NCBI GenBank assembly: GCA_951406725.2
Contig: OX597820.1
Location: 113,956,001-114,020,000 of the forward strand
DNA length: 64,000 nucleotides
Source of the DNA: Octopus vulgaris
Lineage: Eukaryota
Reading direction: 5' to 3'
A program made the position numbers and the translations under genes. This document shows, in pieces, positions 1 to 11,899 of this stretch (position 1 is its first letter; every line of letters begins with the position of its first letter). The notes under the pieces are model-generated. The model was given only the letters and a program-made list of their open reading frames with translations. It was not told the origin of the DNA and made no database searches.

Positions 1-925
1 ACATATAATATATATATAGACAATGCATATACATATATACATATATACATATAAATAGTGTTTACATACAATGCATACACATACACGTACGCATACATAT
101 AATATATATAGACACACACACACATAACATACATACACAATGCATACATATATATACACGCAACGTATATACATGTATTCATGTATATATAGCACACTTA
201 CAATATACATATATACAATGCACACATACACACATATATACACTTAATTGTACACATACATATACAATACACATACATACAATATACATATACACAATGC
301 GCATGCAAATAATGCACATGTTTATACACACATATACATGAAAATATATATACACACACACACATACACACACACATATATATACACATATACATACATA
401 CATACATGCACATACATACATACATACATGCACATACATATATTTTTTCACACACATATACACACACATATATATATAAAATTCACACACACACCCACAC
501 ACACAAAATACAAACCTATAGCGTACACACTCAAATATATCTCTACATACCGCACACACACACAAACAATGTACTCACATATACACACATACCATGCATA
601 TACACACACAGCACACACACATATACATATATATATATAAAAACAAATACACATGTAAATGCATACACACGTACACAATGCTCACACACACACACACACA
701 TACACACACACACGCACACAGTGCACACACACACACACACATATATACACACGTGCACACACACACACAACGCGCGCACACACACACACATACACACACG
801 CACACAGTGCACACACACACACACACATACATATACACACGCGCACACACACACACACAACGTGCACACTCACACACACACACACACAACACTCACACAC
901 ATACATAACCTACATATATATAATG
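1..925. repeat. Compound (CA)/(TA) low-complexity microsatellite tract
   Basis: Degenerate CA/TA/CG dinucleotide runs; overlapping ORFs are only H/T/Y/I/C/V repeats. Confidence 0.95.
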
Positions 926-1058
926 CATGCGTGTGCATGCCACGTATGTGTGCGGTCAATGCCCGCTAGTGTGTCCTATGCGTGCCGATGCGCGCATGTG
1001 CCCACCCGCATGATATGCTGTGAGTGTGCCTGCTCTGGATGTGTGCCCAGGGGGTATG

Positions 1059-1240
1059 TTAGAGTATGTTTAGTTGTGGTCTGTATTTTTGAATAAGATT
1101 ACTTTCCTTATTTATTCGTGTTTGGTCTGTGGTGTTGTCCGAGCATTGGTATAGTGGGAAGACTAAGAATTTGGGGGACTTATTGTGTGCACAAAGGTCT
1201 AAGTGTCCACTTAGTGGTATCTGTCTTGTGGAGGGGTACC
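1059..1240 (-). pseudogene. Penelope-like element 3' end (GIY-YIG endonuclease C-terminus remnant)
   Basis: Minus frame reads PLSGHLDLCA..FLVFPLYQC..RINKESNLIQKYRPQLNIL*, matching the R..E..I..P.LN tail of Penelope GIY-YIG domains. Strand composition flips near 1238, where the LINE appears to begin. Confidence 0.5.
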
Positions 1241-4200
1241 ACCACATAAGGCCACCTCCAACAGATGCAGGATGGCCACCACAGACACCAACACACACAC
1301 CACAAAAATATTTCTACTGAATGTAGGAGGGCTGCTGCGCGGAAACTGTAAAAAGAAAATTTCATTCCTGAGAGACCTTGTGACATGCAATCAAGCTATA
1401 TGCATGGCACTCATAGAAACGCATCTTGAACCCGATATAGGTGATGCAGAAATACACATGCCGCAATATGCAGTCATACGCACAGATAGAAAAGGGAGGA
1501 GCCATGGTGGAGTTGCAATGTACATCCAAGATGACCTCACGCCCCAGGTCCTGCTGTCATATTCAAACTCAGTATGTGAAACTCAAATTGTACACATAAG
1601 ACAACTGAATATCGTCATATGCACTACATATCGCCCACCAGATGCCCCAAAACACTCAGGCATGTTTGAAGACTGCCTAACAAAAATAGGAGAAGTCCTC
1701 ACCAACCTTGAACAGCACAACAGTGTATTCTTCATGGGTGACTTTAACCTCCCCAATGTGGAATGGCCTGGGGGGCAGATGCTCCCAGGGATGACACACC
1801 ATCAGCAGGCACAGGTGGAGTCCCTGCTCCATCTCACAAATGCCTCTTTCATGGAGCAAATAGTTCTGCAACCAACAAGGGCAGATAATATACTGGATCT
1901 CTGCTTCACAAACAATATGGATATTATCCATAATGTTAATGTGATGCCGACAATGATCTCGGATCACAACATAATAGAGCTGTCTATGTATGGAACAAAA
2001 GCCCCCGCAGACACACAGCCTATACGAAGCACCCACCATCTCTCCAACTTAAACTTTCATAAAGCCAACTGGAAGTCGATTGAGAAAGAGATCCTCAAAC
2101 AGGATTGGCCTGAATGTCTCTCCACACCGGACATAAACATGAAACACAAACACTTCATGTCCATAATACAAGCCATATGTGACAAATATGTCCCAATGTG
2201 CAGGGCCAGCACACACAAGAACAAAAACAGGATCCCTAGAGAAAGGAGGATTCTTATGAGACGACGGACAAGGATTGCAAACCGCCTGAGCAAGCACACC
2301 AAAAGTGGTGAGAAGTCTCGGCTTGAAAGAATGCTAATGGAAACTGAGAAAAGTCTACATCAGTCCCATGAAAAGGAGAGAACAGATAAAGAAGCTTGGG
2401 TAATAGAAAATATAAAATCAAACCCTAAAGCTTTCTTTAAGTTTGCCAAAGAGACAGCCACAGTGCACCAGAGAATAGGACCTCTCTTCCAAAAAGATGG
2501 CTCTCTCACAGGAAATCCCACGAGGATAAGTGAAATACTGAACAAACAGTTCCAAAGTGTGTTCACTACACCTCTAGGACACAGGCAAGTAAACAACCCA
2601 GAAGAATTCTTTGCCACTTTACCAGCGGCCAAAGAGACAAAAATTGAGTACATCAACATCGAAGAAGATGATATCACACTAGCCATTGATGAGATTGACA
2701 CAAACTCAGCTACTGGACCTGATGGATTCCCAGCGATCCTTCTCAAATCGTGCAAACGAGCCCTTGCAAAACCGCTACAGCTTCTTTTTCAGAGCTTTCT
2801 TGCAAGTGGTAAGCTCCCAGTCAAACTGAAAGAGGGGGTAATATGCCCTATCCATAAGGGAGGTAGCAGAGCAGATGCTAAAAATTATAGGCCTATCTCT
2901 CTGACCTCACACATCAGCAAAGTCATGGAACGAATAGTCCGTAAGAAACTAATCATGTTCCTTGAAGAAAATGACTTACTGTCTGACACCCAGCATGGAT
3001 TTCGACCAGGTAGAGGCTGCCTAACACAGCTCCTGCAACACTATGACTGGGTGTTGAAACAGCTACTAAATGGCTCAAATGTGGATGTAATATATCTTGA
3101 CTTTGCAAAAGCCTTTGATAAAGTCGACCATGGTATGATCTGTCACAAACTGCGTGGTCTCGGCATAGGCGGGAAACTTGGAGAGTGGCTGCACAACTTC
3201 CTAAAAGACAGAAAACAGGCAGCTGTGAGCAATGGAGCCACCTCCAGGGAAACGCAAATAACAAGCGGTGTCCCACAGGGCACTGTCTTGGGGCCACTGA
3301 TGTTCATAGTGGCCCTTTCAGACATGCCTTCAGTTGCTACGATGACCACCCTTGCTAGCTATGCAGATGACACAAAAGTCTCCCACGCAATACAAAACCC
3401 TGAAAATATTGCGCATCTGCAACATGAGCTGGACACAATATACAGGTGGGCTGAGGAGAACAACATGCAGTTTAATGCAGGTAAGTTCCAGGCCCTGCGC
3501 TACTGGCACACAAAGGTAAATGACGTGAAGACTGGATACACTGGCCCAGGAAGAATTGCAATCCCTGAGTCAAAATCAGTGCGTGACCTGGGCATTGACA
3601 TGAGCAATGATGCATCTTTCCAAATGCATATTGCTAATCTGGTGATAAAATGCAGACGGCTAGCTGGATGGATTCTCCGAACTTTCAGAACAAGAGAGAA
3701 GGAGACACTGATGGTCCTATGGAAAACATTTGTCCTCAGCCGCTTGGACTACTGCTCCCAACTTTGGTCACCACACAATATAAAACAAACAGCAGAACTC
3801 GAAGCAACTCAGAGAAGCTACACAAAGAAAATCGTCTCAATGCAAAATGTCAGCTACTGGGAAAGACTGAAGGTATTAAACCTCTTCTCCCTGGAGCGGA
3901 GGCGGGAGAGATATGCAGTGATATACATCTGGGAAATCCTGGAGGGTCTTGTCCCAAACTTTGGCATTCGAAGTTACTCCAACCGCAGAACGGGGCGCCG
4001 CTGCGTGGTGCCAAGGATTCCAACATCACCATCAAAATACAGGTCCAGATACTGCAACAGCTTGGGTTTCAGAGGACCACAGCTCTTTAACATCCTCCCT
4101 AAATGCCTGAGAGACTTACATGGTGTGGATGTGGGTTTCTTTAAAACTAAACTGGATCTCTTCTTGTTGGGAGTCCCAGATGAACCTACCTCACGACAGG

Positions 4201-4359
4201 AGACACGGATGCGGGCAGCAGCATCGAACTCCCTTGTTGATCAAGTGCCACATATCAGAGGTGGATTCACAAACTAGTGTAGCTCATTCAGCGGTGGTGC
4301 CCCAGCATGGCCGCGGCCTTCGGGCTGAAACATTTTTAAGGATTTTTAAGGATTTAAGG

Positions 4360-4361
<2 letters not shown>
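1238..4361 (+). mobile_element. CR1/L2-group LINE, 5'-truncated upstream of ORF2, with complete 3' end
   Basis: Intact ORF2, short 3' UTR with stem-loop cggcc-TTCG-ggctg (4314-4327) and tandem tail (ATTTTTAAGG)n at 4332-4361. Confidence 0.85.
1272..4277 (+). CDS. LINE ORF2 protein: apurinic-like endonuclease plus reverse transcriptase (CR1/L2 group)
   Basis: APE motifs LLNVGGL, IETHL, GGVAMYI, YRPP, GDFN, PTRADNILDL, SDHN. RT motifs YRPISLTS, QHGFRPGR, DFAKAFDKVDH, GVPQGTVLGP, YADD. CR1-like C-terminus LDYCSQLWSP..YWERLKVLNLFSLERRR. Confidence 0.95.
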   Translation: MATTDTNTHTTKIFLLNVGGLLRGNCKKKISFLRDLVTCNQAICMALIETHLEPDIGDAEIHMPQYAVIRTDRKGRSHGGVAMYIQDDLTPQVLLSYSNSVCETQIVHIRQLNIVICTTYRPPDAPKHSGMFEDCLTKIGEVLTNLEQHNSVFFMGDFNLPNVEWPGGQMLPGMTHHQQAQVESLLHLTNASFMEQIVLQPTRADNILDLCFTNNMDIIHNVNVMPTMISDHNIIELSMYGTKAPADTQPIRSTHHLSNLNFHKANWKSIEKEILKQDWPECLSTPDINMKHKHFMSIIQAICDKYVPMCRASTHKNKNRIPRERRILMRRRTRIANRLSKHTKSGEKSRLERMLMETEKSLHQSHEKERTDKEAWVIENIKSNPKAFFKFAKETATVHQRIGPLFQKDGSLTGNPTRISEILNKQFQSVFTTPLGHRQVNNPEEFFATLPAAKETKIEYINIEEDDITLAIDEIDTNSATGPDGFPAILLKSCKRALAKPLQLLFQSFLASGKLPVKLKEGVICPIHKGGSRADAKNYRPISLTSHISKVMERIVRKKLIMFLEENDLLSDTQHGFRPGRGCLTQLLQHYDWVLKQLLNGSNVDVIYLDFAKAFDKVDHGMICHKLRGLGIGGKLGEWLHNFLKDRKQAAVSNGATSRETQITSGVPQGTVLGPLMFIVALSDMPSVATMTTLASYADDTKVSHAIQNPENIAHLQHELDTIYRWAEENNMQFNAGKFQALRYWHTKVNDVKTGYTGPGRIAIPESKSVRDLGIDMSNDASFQMHIANLVIKCRRLAGWILRTFRTREKETLMVLWKTFVLSRLDYCSQLWSPHNIKQTAELEATQRSYTKKIVSMQNVSYWERLKVLNLFSLERRRERYAVIYIWEILEGLVPNFGIRSYSNRRTGRRCVVPRIPTSPSKYRSRYCNSLGFRGPQLFNILPKCLRDLHGVDVGFFKTKLDLFLLGVPDEPTSRQETRMRAAASNSLVDQVPHIRGGFTN

Positions 4362-4400
<39 letters not shown>

Positions 4401-4403
<3 letters not shown>

Positions 4404-4545
4404 TGGCTGTGTGGTAAGTAGCTTGCTTACCAGCCACATGGTTCCGGGTTCAGTTCCACTGCGTGACACCTTGGGCAAGTGTCTTCTACTATAGCCTCGG
4501 GCCGACCAAACCCTTGAGAGTGGATTTGGAAACTGAAAGAAGCCC

Positions 4546-4616
<71 letters not shown>

Positions 4617-4850
4617 TATATATACGTGTGTGTATATGTTTGTGTGCTTGTCCCCCCCCCCCAACATCGCTTGACAACCGATGCTGGTGTATTTACGTCC
4701 CCGTCACTTAGCGGTTCGGCAAAAGAGACCGATTGAATAAGTACTAGGCTTACAAAGAATAAGTCCTGGGGGCGATTTGCTCGACTAAAGGCGGTGCTCC
4801 AGCATGGCCACAGTCAAATGACTGAAACAAGTAAAAAAACAAAGAGTAAT
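4401..4850 (+). mobile_element. tRNA-derived SINE family A (CORE-like ACCTTGGGCAAGT segment, internal microsatellite, LINE-like 3' tail)
   Basis: A/B-box-like TGGCTGTGTGG and GGTTCAGTTCC; near-identical copies at 14181, 30377, 56295; tail GGCGGTGCTCCAGCATGGCC-cagtc-aaat-gactg-AAAC. Confidence 0.9.
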
Positions 4851-5029
4851 AGATATATATATGTATATATATATATACATATATGTATATATATATATAC
4901 ACACACACAGCCATGCATACATATATATACATACACTAACAGATATTTATGTTTGTTTGTGTACCAAGGACTTAGTATTTCTTATTCTACTATGTGTGTG
5001 TTGTAGAATAAGATTGGTACACTATTATC

Positions 5030-5235
5030 TATTTGGAAAAATGAATAGCAATGGCTTTTCCGATCATTTTTCCCCCTTAATAATTAGATGTTTACAAAAC
5101 GTGACTCTGATGGAGTGTCTCGCTTGGAAACCGTTTTCAAGCGAGAAGCTCAATTACAGTCACTGTTTTGTAAACATCTAATTATTAGGGAGGAAAAATT
5201 ATCAGAACAGCCATTTCTATTTATTTTTTAAACAC
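5030..5235. repeat. Long imperfect palindrome (Penelope-like inverted terminal remnant)
   Basis: Arms taataattagatgtttacaaaac / gttttgtaaacatctaattatta around inner hairpin tctcgcttggaa / ttcaagcgaga. Confidence 0.7.
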
Positions 5236-5889
5236 ACACTTATATAAACATATCTGCTTTCGTGTATCTATAAATATACATGTATATTCAGAAAGTGATA
5301 TGTATTTACATTGATGTGTGTGTGTATGTTTAGCACTGGTTTCTTTTTTCCTTTTTGCTTCTACATTTACTTTTTTGTATCTTTATTTTCTCTCCTTAAT
5401 TTTTCCGGAATGCCTTTGATTTCAGATTTACCATCCTGGCAAATTCTGCTTTCCTTTTTTTTTTAATCATTATCCTTTTTACTTTACCTTATTCTCTCTC
5501 TCTACTTCTCTCATCTCAATCTATCTATCTCTCTCTCTCTCTCTCTCCTTCTCTCATCTTAATCTATCTATCTCTTCCTACCTATTCACACACTCTCTCT
5601 TCAAAAAGTACTTAACCACCCCCCTTAATTAAGTTCAGTTTTAACAACAATGATACAACCAATTACATGCATAAACAAAGAGAATAAAATATTTATAGTT
5701 GATAGTCCATGACAAAAGCCAGAATTGGCGACAAGGGTTCAAGAAGCCCTTGTAGCTTTTTTTTTTTTTTTGGTGCGTGGGGGTTCTTTTCTTTCTGAAA
5801 TAATTCAACAGCAACAATAGAACAATGTTTCTAACTTCGATACAACGCCAGCTGTTTTGAGGGAAGGCGTTAATCAATACCATCAGCGC

Positions 5890-6040
5890 TGTACTTCACA
5901 GGAATCTTATTTTATTGACATCAGAAACATGAACAACAAAGTTGACCTTGGTGGGTTTTGAACTCAGAGCGTATAGAGTCTGAAGAAATGCCACAAAGCA
6001 TTTTCCCAACGCTTTAACGATTCTGCTAGCTTACCACCTT
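5890..6040 (-). mobile_element. Degenerate SINE family B
   Basis: aaagttgaccttggtgggttttgaactcag resembles better copies at 14997 and 34885. Confidence 0.7.
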
Positions 6041-6143
6041 ATTGATTTTTGGTTTAGATAAAAGTCCAACAGTTTTAAAGGGAGGAGAATTAGTATTTGA
6101 CTGGTACTTTATTTACCTACACCAAAAGGATAAATGGCAAAGT

Positions 6144-6553
6144 TGATCTTTTCGGTTTGAACGGCAGTTTTTTCTAGCGGTGTCATATGAAATTGTCACC
6201 CATAATTACGACCCTAGTATCGATCTATTGCATTTCAATCTGTTTTAGGGTTAGGGGTGGTGGGAAGGGTATCTTTTTTTTCTTCACAAATGTAAATAAA
6301 CCCAATCTGTTTCTTAAGCGAGGGACATATTCATACGGCACAGCATGTTTTTCACCTTAATACACGTCAGTGATTGGTTGAAATTGCAGAAATTGAAGAA
6401 AAAAAAACAAATATCTTACAAACCATAGAATTTTCTCAATAAAACCAAGAGAAAAAGATGTTTTATAAACACATTCTACCAGTATACGAAGTTTAAAATT
6501 TTTTAGTTACCTAGAAATTATGTTAAAAACTGCCGTTCAAACCGAAAAAATCC
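6144..6553. mobile_element. GGATC-terminated MITE inserted in a family B SINE
   Basis: TIR gatcttttcggtttgaacggcagttt / aaactgccgttcaaaccgaaaaaatcc; 8-bp TSD ggcaaagt/agcaaagt; SINE sequence resumes after 6553. Confidence 0.9.
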
Positions 6554-6722
6554 AGCAAAGTTGATCTCGGTTGGATTTGAAATCAGAAAGTCAAGAACCG
6601 GGTCATCCACCGAAACCCTAACTACTCTGCCAAGTAGGGTTACAAAAGCGTGCGAGGTCGGACAAGATAAAGTATAAAATGAAAGGAAAAAATTGCATCA
6701 AGAGTATTCAACAATCAACCTA

Positions 6723-7075
6723 TGTCGCGATTTGCTGGAATGTTGCCCACGTGATCAACGAATATGACTAATCGTGGTCATGAAAGAATATTACCCACGT
6801 GATCAACAAAATGGAGCCAATCACAACTTTATGTGGAATAGGCTCCAGCGGCCAAAACAATTTTTGGCACGCTCATTTCTGAGCTTCTCAGTTGGTATCA
6901 GATGACACACACACACACACACGACTACGACCCAGAGGGCTTTGAGATTTAACAGAGACGACATGGTAGATGGATTGTGAACAAGAAATAAAAGCTTTTT
7001 CGTAAAAATCTCAACAAATTTTGTCCTTTATCTCTATATACAACCGTTGACCTCAGACGCTTATCAGCAGTGACA
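6723..7075 (+). mobile_element. Possible solo LTR
   Basis: TGTCGC...GTGACA termini, AATAAA near 6987, internal duplicate cccacgtgatcaac; only TA flanks both sides, so no clear 4-6 bp TSD. Confidence 0.4.
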
Positions 7076-7254
7076 TACAGCTCCCAGCATCTAGGCCCAG
7101 TGGTTCCCAAACTTTTTTATTCACAGCGCACCTTACAAATAGTCAAAATATTTGGCACACTTTGTACATAAATTCTAAAATTTATTCAAAAAGGGTTTTA
7201 TACATATTAGTATAGCATAAACTATAAAGTAATATATAGAAAAAGTGAACGTAC

Positions 7255-9410
7255 TTACTCTTTATTCAATATTTGAAGCAAAGTTACCAATAAAAAAACA
7301 TGCGCTTGATGTTTCTTGGAAAGGTTTTCAATATTGGGATGTATTTGAGAAAGACAAACTCTCAGTTCGTCTTCGACGCAACGGAGTCTCTCTCTTTTTG
7401 GGGGGAGGGGGGATTTGTTATTGAGGGTTGAAAATCCCAACTCACATGAATACGATGTGGAAAACTGCATCAAAACGGATAAAGCTTTTTTGCTACTGAG
7501 GGGTGTTCTCCAAAATATATCAATAGGTAACTCAGCATACTTGATTTTAAGTCCGCAATCATTGGATATATATGTTAATTCCTCTTCTTCACATATTTTC
7601 AGACCAATATTAGATGGAATTTTACGAAGGGATTTCGAACCCAATCATACATACTCTTCTTGTGTTCAATGACGGAAAATAAAAGTTTATATTTCCAGAT
7701 TTGTCGGATGTTCAAATACAATAGGAGTCATTTCTTTTATGCAGCTTTTACATATTAAGTGAAACATTTCGTAGTTTACCACCTTCAGCTCTATTTTTCC
7801 AAATTACAACTTTCTTTCTAAATGAAACCAGTTTATCTGTCGAAGTGAGAATGTTTTCATCTCTACTTTGCATAATTGTGTTGACGCTATTAAGTTGTGC
7901 AAATATCTCTGTTAAATATTCCAGCTCGGAAACTCAAAATTCACATTATAGATATTCCAAGAGGCGTTCATGTTTTACTTCTTTAAAAAAATGCAAGCAA
8001 TACTTCTGGAATTCATGTATGAGACGTAGCACTTTACCTTTTGAGAGCCACCTGACTTTTGAATGTAAAAGTAAGCACTTGTGCTGGGAATCCATATCAA
8101 TACAAATTTGTTCAAATAAGCAACCCTTCAACGGTCTACTTTTAATATAATTAACCATTTCAACAACTTGGTTTAATACTTGCTTTAACTCAACTGGTAT
8201 TATTTTTGAAATTAGTACTTGCCTATGTAGGAAGCAATGAGTACGTATAACATTAGGATTTTGCTGTTGTATGAGTGATACAAAACCTTTAATAGAGCCT
8301 GTCATAGACGCTGCCCCATCGGTACATATTCTAACACGTGAATTCCGGGATAAATTCCATTTTTTTCGTGGTAGTCAAAAATATCTTGACCTCTTGTAGT
8401 GAGTAGCATTTCTTCGAAACAAAAGAACTGATTTATGATTTGGTTGCCACCAATAAAGCGAATAAATGTAAGAAATTGTGCTTTGTTGCTAATGCCAGTT
8501 GATTCGTCAACCTGTAGAACAAATCCTGAGTTCTGAAGTTTGTACATTTTCCTCTATATCAGCAGATAAATCCATAATTCTCCTATGGATTGTATTATTT
8601 GAGAGCAGAATCTTGCTTATTTTTTGCTCGGCTTCATCACCTAACATGGTTTTAACCATCTTTCTACAAGCGAGTAAGATAATCGACACTGCTAAAGTAT
8701 GCCATTTCGTTTGTTGTGCAATCATTTCGGCTATCTCAATAGACGCGACTTGAGCCTTTTCAGAAGTATTTATCCTTTTTTCAAAATAGTTTCTTTGTTT
8801 AGATTGCTGTTCTAGCAGTCTTTGGAATTAATTCAGATCTTTACATTGAAGATGTGTGATGGAGGAAAACGACAACAGAAAAAGAAGCAACGGGAGAAAG
8901 AAATACAAAAGGCCTTACCTCGGCGAAATCAGCGGTCTCTCTGTCACGAATTCAACACGTCTTGTCGCTCTGCACTCTTTGCTGGAACTAACCACATGTG
9001 CTTCCTGCCCATGCATGCCCCTGTCACTCTTTCGACGGCCCCTGCAAGCCTTACTTCCGTCCACCTCATCTGCAATCCCCTCCACCAATATCACATAGCT
9101 CCATCACAGCCTATAACACTACTAACACCACAGAAGATGTGAGTGTTTGGTTGTAAAATGTCCTTTCAGCTTTCTGACCAACATGCCTTCGTTAAACATC
9201 TTTTCACCACAAACAACACACAACGGAAGAGGTTGATCCTCGTTGCCAGTCCAATGAAACCCAAACTTTAAATAGCCAGTGCAATATTTATGATTGGGTC
9301 GAGCTTTCGCATTATTATCACTATGCTTAGTTGCTTTTGACGAACGTTCACTTTCAGATTCATAATCGTCACGGTTATGTTTCCTCTTAATATACTTTTT
9401 CCATTTTATG
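7255..9410 (-). pseudogene. Disrupted hAT transposase with BED zinc finger
   Basis: Fragments PLCVVCGE..HFTTKH (BED), VLQVDEST, THCFLHRQ (CxxH), VRWLSKGKVL, FSTSYSCELGFS in several frames with frameshifts and stops. Confidence 0.92.
8853..9132. mobile_element. Solo LTR nested in the hAT transposase
   Basis: TGTG...CACA termini with 5-bp TSD GAAGA (8848-8852, 9133-9137); removing it restores KHSHLQCKD on the minus strand. Confidence 0.75.
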
Positions 9411-10084
9411 GGTAATTTAGTCTGTTAATATGAATTGTCTCGCACAAAGAGCACAGATCACTAACAGAGTCAAACGGAGACTGAGACAAGTGGCCAGTGA
9501 GCCGTGAAAAGTGGCAGCGTGTCACATATTATCAGACTCTTTTGAAAAGATGAAAATCCTCGCCACTATATGAATGAAAAATATTGAAATACAGCTGCAA
9601 TTCACGAGGACATATTAAAAGATTTAATTCAATAGTTTATTTTTCACATTTATTATTGAAATGAAAACTGCTGAGGCTACGACCGAAATAAACTGAAACA
9701 GTTGTGCACTGAATATGTCCATAAGACGTCAATTTCGAGGATAGATTGATAATTTAGTTCTTATCCTTATGAAATTTCAGATTCACAATTGAATAACATT
9801 GTCATACCATAATTAGCCTAAATGAATTAAATGACACAACCATCTCTCATTCTTAGTTTAGAACTTAATATCTAGTTGGGGTTTTTTTTTTTTGCTACTT
9901 TGACATTCATTTATGAACTTTCTAGTGAATTTCGGTTTGTATTTTTCATATTTTGAAATATAATCTTACTTTTTCGAGGCACACCTTATTACATCTTGCG
10001 GCGCACAGTTTGGGAACCGCTGGTCTAGCCAGAACAACTCAAGCCCAAGTGATATCAACATCTAGCAGCCATAATATTAAAACA

Positions 10085-10384
10085 TCTTTATATATAAAAG
10101 AGAAGTTGTGTGTCTGTCTCCTACGATTTAGATTCGTAACTACTCCCACATTTTGCGGTGCAGTTTAACCAAAAGCGGGTATCTTATAGTCGTGATTCAT
10201 ATCGAGCCCTTCTGGGTATTAGCGCGCGTCTACGATGAGTCTACGATTAAAAAAAAAAATTACCATAAGTTTTTCCCATTTTTAATGTCTTTTTTTTGCT
10301 ATTATATAAGAGAATTAACTCTCTAAAAATGCTTATATAGTTATTTCCCTTACAAACCCGAGCAACACCGGGCGATACTGCTAG
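10085..10384 (+). mobile_element. Non-autonomous Helitron (family H1)
   Basis: A|TC start, subterminal hairpin cccg..cggg, CTAG|T end; homologous to 19006 and 37950. Confidence 0.88.
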
Positions 10385-11029
10385 TTTGATATAAATTAAA
10401 ACAGAATCAATGTAAGATTATATATATAAAAAGAAACATAATTAAACTATAAACGTGAAATAGAAATTGGGTGACCTCCCTATACCTGGAGATGAACTAT
10501 CTTCTAGGGTAAATCAGAGTACCTTCATAGCAGTGGCAAATCTTCGTTGCTAGTTCTTCCCAATCAGAACATTGTTTGCATGGTATCTTGACAGATCGTT
10601 CGACAGATCTATCTGCAGCTTGAGCGTGATTTGAACACCAATGTATTCTTTACTGTCTAAGGTGAAGGTGAACTCGTCCCGGTGGGTCTTGGACTCTTTC
10701 CTCTTGGTTCAATTTTTGTTTCCGCTGTCTTTTCTCTTTTGCCGTCAGATACAGTTTATCACTCCATCTTTAACCTTCTATTTTCCCCTCATAATCGTGA
10801 GACTGGTGGTACTGGTAGCTGTGAAACTTGCTTCCTGCTCGTTGGTATCCTGGTCACCAGCTGCTGGTATTAAAAATGATGCAAATTTTTCATCAGTTTT
10901 CGAAGCTGAGGCGAGTTGTTTTCTGAAAACAAGTCTCTGTGCCGTACTATTGCGATGCTGCAACAGCGTTTTGTTACAGCTCGAGGAAAGTTCAGCCTGA
11001 GAATTATGAGAACGTTTTTATATGTAATA

Positions 11030-11199
11030 ATATTACATTATTTACATTATTTATATTCGATGGAAATTTGTCCTCATCTTGTTTGTTGTTAACACAGAGT
11101 TTCGGCTGATATACCCTCCAGCCTTCTTCAGGTGTCTTGGGGAAAATTCGAACCTGGGTTCTCATTCCTAAGGAATTTTTTATGTTGTTGTTGTTGTTG

Positions 11200-11261
<62 letters not shown>

Positions 11262-11322
11262 GTTATTATTCAGGTCACTGCTTGGAATCAAACTCGGAAT
11301 CTTGGGGTTAGTAGACCGCTCG
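11030..11322 (-). mobile_element. SINE-like element: tRNA-like head, (AAT)n, hammerhead-like motif, (AAATAATGT)n tail
   Basis: Minus strand: B-box-like GAGTTTGATTCC, (AAT)n/(AAC)n, gacac-CTGAAGA-a-ggctg..cagcc-GAAA, tandem tail. Confidence 0.6.
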
Positions 11323-11571
11323 TGAGCATATGGTGTAGTGGCATAGTGGTTCCTACTAAGGAATTTAAGACAATCAGCGTCGAAAAACTGGCGATTTGGG
11401 CGAATTAGATAAGAAAAGCTTTCCATGATATGACAATTTTCTGACGAGAAGCGGTGTTAGAAGTCTGAGTAAATCCGATCTGAAACAGGAATGAAGGTCT
11501 CAGAGTGAAAATCTGCCAAAAGCATTTCCAGTAGTTGTTGACTGGCTTTCAACGATCTCACTGGCTGCCAG

Positions 11572-11870
11572 ATGGAGGCACATGGCCTAGTGGTGAGAGC
11601 AGCGGACTCGCAGTCAAGGGATCGCGTGTTCAAATCACAGACCGGGCGATGTGTGTGTTTATGAGCGAAACACCTAAGCTCCACGTGGCTCCAGCAGAAG
11701 GTAAAAGCGAACTTCTGCTGACTCTTTCGCCACAACTTTCCCTCACTCTTTCCTTCTGCATCTTGCAGCTCACCTGCGACGGACCGGCGTCCCGTCCAGG
11801 TGAGGAACTTATACGCCAAGGAAACCGGGAAACCGGCCCTTATGAGCCAGGCATGGCTCAAGAAGGAGGA
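11572..11870 (+). mobile_element. tRNA-derived SINE family C
   Basis: TGGCCTAGTGG A-box, GTTCAAATC B-box, cctgcgacggaccggcgtcccgtccagg central segment; related copies at 26248 and 32710. Confidence 0.8.
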
Positions 11871-11899
11871 AAACTGACTGCCAGGATGATGTGGTTATT

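Larger units (their letters stand above)
7098..10022 (-). mobile_element. Full-length fossil hAT transposon (Buster/Charlie group)
   Basis: TIRs cagtggttcccaaact / agtttgggaaccgctg; degenerate nnnTAnnn TSD (atctaggc / gtctagcc). Confidence 0.92.

Noticed and set aside
1677-4365. Short ORFs overlapping LINE ORF2
   Set aside because: Antisense or alternate-frame shadows with no recognisable motifs.
10500-11000. Coding fragment with a CxxC motif on the minus strand
   Set aside because: Too degenerate to assign to a family.
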